Of a DNA stretch of 64,000 bases, positions 61,500-64,000 are shown in pieces. A model generated the notes under the pieces. The model was not told the DNA's origin. It worked only from the letters and a program-made list of their open reading frames with translations, and did no database searches. The translations under genes were made by a program, and so were the position numbers. Origin of the DNA: Convolutriloba macropyga (taxonomy: Eukaryota); assembly GCF_964194025.1 (NCBI RefSeq), contig NC_134472.1, forward strand, positions 22,878,001-22,942,000, in the 5' to 3' direction. Numbering within the stretch: position 1 is the first letter of the stretch; every line of letters starts with the position of its first letter.

Positions 61500-62098
61500 G
61501 TGAGCTCCCCAGCTTAATTCCCCAGCTTGTCATTTTTATGATCCCCGAAATACCCAAAGTACCAAAGTAATTGTTGCCAAACTCTGAGGAAATGATTATC
61601 GTTTCATTTGTATTCCTTGATGCGATTATGCAATCAGCATATATCCTTGTACGTGTGTTCTTCACGAATGTTGCCCCCGCCCCTCAAGTCAAGGTGACGT
61701 TGTATGAATTTTTAACATGAGTGCATTATTTTTCATATGGTTAATAATCAGGCCCCATATTGGACTTCAACGTACTGATTCTTCGGTTTCTGTGGAACAG
61801 TAAATGATTGAAATTTAGTAGGTTTAAACCCCAGCCGGTAGAAAATAGGTCCTATCACATTATATTCCCAGTAACTTTACCTTAATAGGGGGGCTATAAT
61901 AGGAAAGACCCAAAATGACCTTATTTATGGTTCATATTTTCATCTAAATAATTTCATAATTCTGATGGTTACTCGCACCTACTATTAGGCTTACAAAGCA
62001 TTATTCCTGTCAAAACAAGTGTAACTTTTTGCGTACTCAGGTTTGTGGAAAAAATGTTCGATAGATGAGAGGGAGAAATAAATTCATTCTTCTTTCAG

Positions 62099-62291
62099 AA
62101 TGTGCCAGGAGCGAGCAAAATTGATCAACAGGAGGACAGGGGAGTCGATGGACATCAATGATCACCTGATGGTGGACAAATATAAACAGGGAAGGACGCA
62201 GAACCAAAAAACACAACTCATACAATCTCCCAACAGCATTTATAACGCCAAGGACACAATGAAGTTTGCATACGATAAACACGGTCAATAA
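62099..62291 (+). CDS. NDUFB5: NDUFB5 last exon
   Basis: TTTCAG acceptor, phase fits exon 4, open to TAA. Confidence 0.78.
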
Positions 62292-64000
62292 GTGCATATT
62301 AGACTACTGTTTTTCGACGTATCGAGTTATGAATCGATTGAAAAACTGCTAGGACACCGAGTGAAACTATTGATGGCGAGCGTTGAAACTCAGTAGTTTA
62401 AAATGCTTAATTTACAAGCGTACGTGATTTCGGTGTCCAATTTTATTTCCGATTCATCATGGGGAGTATCGTTAGAATATTGAATTCTTGGATAGTTTTG
62501 CAGGTATTGCTAAATCAACAAATACAGAAGTCACGTAAATCTGTAAATTGAAGCCCGTTTAAAGCCAGATTGTGAACTTGTTGAAAGGAGGCTTTAACTA
62601 GTATTCAAAATGACTGATGAAGTTTTAAATGCATATTTAGTTCAATTTATAGCTTAAAAACTTTTCGTAGATCTCGAGACTTAGTTCATTGCTCTTAAAC
62701 GAAGTTTGTAGCAAGTATTTGGACACTGTTAGTATTTTTAATGCATTTTTTGCTTGATTCAGTGAACTCTATATGTATGGCTCACTGAAATTGTCTTTTT
62801 AGTCTCCGATTTGATTATTCGTCGCGAGAAATAGGATAACTTGAAGTCCGGGATATTGAGGCTTGAGCCCTGATGGGTTAATTGTTCCATTATTTTTTCA
62901 AAATGGGGGAATATATGTGCGAGGCAGGCGTTTTTCCGTCGGTCAATTTTTCACTTTTTGTTTACATCATCTGGTAGCTTTTAGATGCTAGTTTTGATTT
63001 TTAAAAAACTACAAGTTTTTATGCAAGTTGAAAAAAGGAGCCATTTATTTAAAACATTGAAAGAAAAACAGGTTGAGAAAAAACTGATTTTTTTTTTGGG
63101 GGGGGGAGGGGGTTGTGGAAAAATGTAGAGGCTTTTAAATTGCTCTAAAAATATAATACTTGGAAAAATTTTCTTGAACTTGCGTTAATGTTATATAATA
63201 GATTATAGAAATACTTCCTTGAAAGCAAAACAAAGAAAAATCTTTTCCATTTTTGCCCCCGTACGATATATATCCCCCATTAAGAGACCACGCGTCATTA
63301 CATAGTAAACTATTGTACAAAATTATGGTACGTTCAAAGAATACACGGACACCAAAAGGGGGAACAACGGAAAATAGCTGGAGAATTTCTATGAAAATCT
63401 TTATTATTCAAACGTCAGAAACGGAAAAAATCTTAATCTGTTGCGAGTTCTTTGTCCTCTTCTCAGTAATCATATTCATGTTTGTATTTCTGTAGGTCAA
63501 TTGGTTTTCGATCACAAAAAAAAGGGAGAAAAATTTAATGGAACATTGGAATTAACAGTTAAACAGACTGTAAAATTCTGTTTTAAAAGCAAAGAATATT
63601 TACTTGCTTTTGTCTTTGAAATTTTAAATGGTGTCTCCAGAAATGGTATTGCTGTATGGTTAGTTAAATTTTCTGATATTTTTTTCGAAAACCGTATCCA
63701 AATGAAAATCTGTGATACTCCTTTTTTAAATGTAAATTACAGAAAACAGTTTTGCTAGAAAAAGAAAACGGGAAAAGATGGAATAAATCGTATGTCTTTG
63801 GCATTTTCTCTGGCCTCTCAAAGAAACCTTTTGTGCAAGTTAGGACTTCTATAAAATAGACCATCTGATGCAACGGAAAACATATGGGAGCATTTAATCT
63901 ATTCTATCGAAAAAGATCAAATGTTTTTGAAAGAACGTAATTTAATGTAAAATTCTGCGGGTACAAATGCTTAACTTGGAAGCTCCTGCAATATTTCTTT

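Overview
AT-rich animal genomic DNA with spliced genes and one 200-N assembly gap (3236-3435). The main feature is a ~14.2 kb Polinton/Maverick (adintovirus-like) element at 9659-23880. It encodes a packaging ATPase, a retroviral-type integrase, a pVII-like core protein, penton, hexon, an adenain protease and a protein-primed PolB carrying a VSR-like insertion. This copy looks decayed: penton and protease are frameshifted, and the PolB 5' end is replaced by a repeat array. Its right arm holds an unusual accessory module: a tRNA-Gly-like Pol III promoter followed by a long G-U-rich RNA hairpin, and a 74-aa ORF with TATA and initiator elements that resembles the histone H3 N-terminal tail and has a SUMO consensus site. 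The element has one intact AGTAGT end. The other end is truncated and joined at a poly-C run, which leaves a ~120-bp direct duplication of what appears to be the last exon of a host secreted-protein gene. Host genes reconstructed by eye: the last coding exon of DAD1, a 7-exon TXNDC11 (909 aa) with a tandem duplication of its 3' end and a second copy of exon 2 before the gap, and a 5-exon NDUFB5 (207 aa). Copia, LINE, MITE and Helentron-type remnants fill the introns. All homology calls come from recognising motifs by eye; no searches were run.
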